From Octopus bimaculoides (lineage: Eukaryota), in NCBI RefSeq assembly GCF_001194135.2, contig NC_068983.1, forward strand, positions 149,390,828 through 149,454,827: DNA of 64,000 nucleotides. Reading direction: 5' to 3'. The notes under the pieces are model-generated. The model did no database searches, was not told the DNA's origin, and saw only the letters and a list, made by a program, of their open reading frames with translations. Positions 62,344 to 64,000 of this stretch are shown here, one piece after another; position 1 is the first letter of the stretch; the number at the start of each line of letters is the position of its first letter. Position numbers and translations under genes: made by a program.

Positions 62344-64000
62344 GTATGTGTATATGTGTGTGATTGAATACCTTGGCATGACTATAACCTGAAAGTTGGA
62401 ATCAATAGCAGAATGCATATTTTCATCAGTAGTTTAGTGTTTTTTTAATACTGACATGAACTGGATACAATACAACATATCACCATTGGAATTGATCATT
62501 TGTGATTTCATTTGTGAGCCCTAGATCTTCTTCAGAGGTTACTCTGAAACTTTTGTTCTTACTATGTGTTACTATTTCATGCTGCGTACACTGACCATTC
62601 ACATCACACCTCTCAGTGACTTCTACATTTCTTTTCTACTATCATAAGTGCAAGTGGACCAGTATCATTTTGGACATCTTTTTTTTCTATGACAACACAC
62701 TACCTTGCAATAATGTCTTTCATCCTCATAGCATTAACAGATATATATAATTGATATCTTCCTACCTAGTTTCTTGGTATTTCTCTTTCATATCTCATTT
62801 CCACAGCTTCTTGGTGTGTTGTTTAGCCCTTATAGTCCTATCTACTGTATTACTGTTTCATTATGATACCTATTACATGGGGGTATTGCTTCATACAGAG
62901 AACAGTAGGTTATCACTTAAAAATGCTAACCAAAATGATGTTATCTCACACAGTTTTGGAAATTTTGCCTAACAGAAAGATCTTATAACTCTCATTCTTT
63001 TATTCATCATTTGTTACCATATCATCCTCATTTTGAACCTAAATACACTTACTACTGAGTTATATTAAGCGACATATGCATCACCAAAGAGCTATATAGA
63101 TATCACAGCTACCTATCCTTGTTGCCTAATTGGCTCTCATATTCACAAATGATTACAACTTGCTGGCTTAAGTACTTATGCTTTATCATTGGTCTATTCT
63201 GCGTGTCCCTGAGTGTAATTTTCAGTTACTTAGTGCGCCTATATGTAAATGCATGTAGATTGCTAATGTATATAGGGAAGTTTCTGTACATTGGCAAGTG
63301 TCTAGTTTCCTTACATTGTTGAAATGAAATACTTTCATGAACAAAACCTGCAATGGACTTACTAGAGCATAAATATCAACTGTTTGATATTATGAAAGCT
63401 AGAATAAGCTTCATTATATTTCATCTATTACACAGATGTTAAGAAATACCTTGAATATACAAGAACATGTTGTGAAAACCCTTCCTCAAATCACACAAAA
63501 TTCAACAGTGTAAATGTTCATATATGTGTAAACTGATGTCCTCATTTCTTTAGATATTATGAGGAAACAAATGAATTTGCTCCAAATGTCAAATTAAGGT
63601 GTGGGCCAATAGAATTAGTTCGCTAGAAATTTTTCAATTATGTTGGACCCACATATCTAGGCACAAAAAGACTCTGTGTGGATATGTATATTCATATACA
63701 CCTACTATTTTTCAAGCTTTCTTTTTAGACATCCTATTTGTCATTCAAATAACTTTAACTCAGTATAACTTTCATATTTATATGTGCATTTTCTTTAATA
63801 TTAATATTTCCTAAAAGCAACTGCTATGATAGCTTATGTTGGTTATTTACAATTGAACAGGTTTTTGTGGTTCGTTATATTCATAAAATACAGTGTGTAA
63901 AGCAACATAAATTCTAAATACATACTAAAGTAATACTGGGATTTAAATGTGGGTTATTTATTTGTGTTTTCCTGTGAAATGGTTTCTTTCTTGTTCTAAC

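Overview
AT-rich, CpG-depleted eukaryotic genomic DNA with several assembly gaps. The repeat content (tRNA-derived SINEs with CORE-like and Meta-like bodies, RTE-tailed elements ending in (GAT)n, dense CA/AT/CT/CAT microsatellites) points to a coleoid cephalopod, most likely Octopus; this is inferred, not verified. No complete protein-coding gene is present, and most ORFs in the supplied track derive from repeats, microsatellites or N-gaps. Best reading: the probable last coding exon of an upstream + strand gene (146-353), then a CpG-retaining promoter region (about 14.4-16.9 kb), then very long introns carrying a few small + strand candidate exons (16667-16751, 32969-32999, 39265-39304, 50968-51085, 62283-62343). 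The introns hold SINEs and decayed RTE, CR1/L2-group and R4/Dong LINEs; hAT and Tc1/mariner remnants and a piggyBac-type MITE lie upstream of the promoter region. The most notable non-repeat signals are a textbook recursive-splice (AG|GTAAGT) site with its own 40-nt RS-exon at 39265, a near-perfect 61-nt hairpin at 26029-26089, and a 32-aa single-transmembrane smORF behind a splice acceptor at 24667. All gene-structure calls rest on splice-signal reading only and need RNA evidence.
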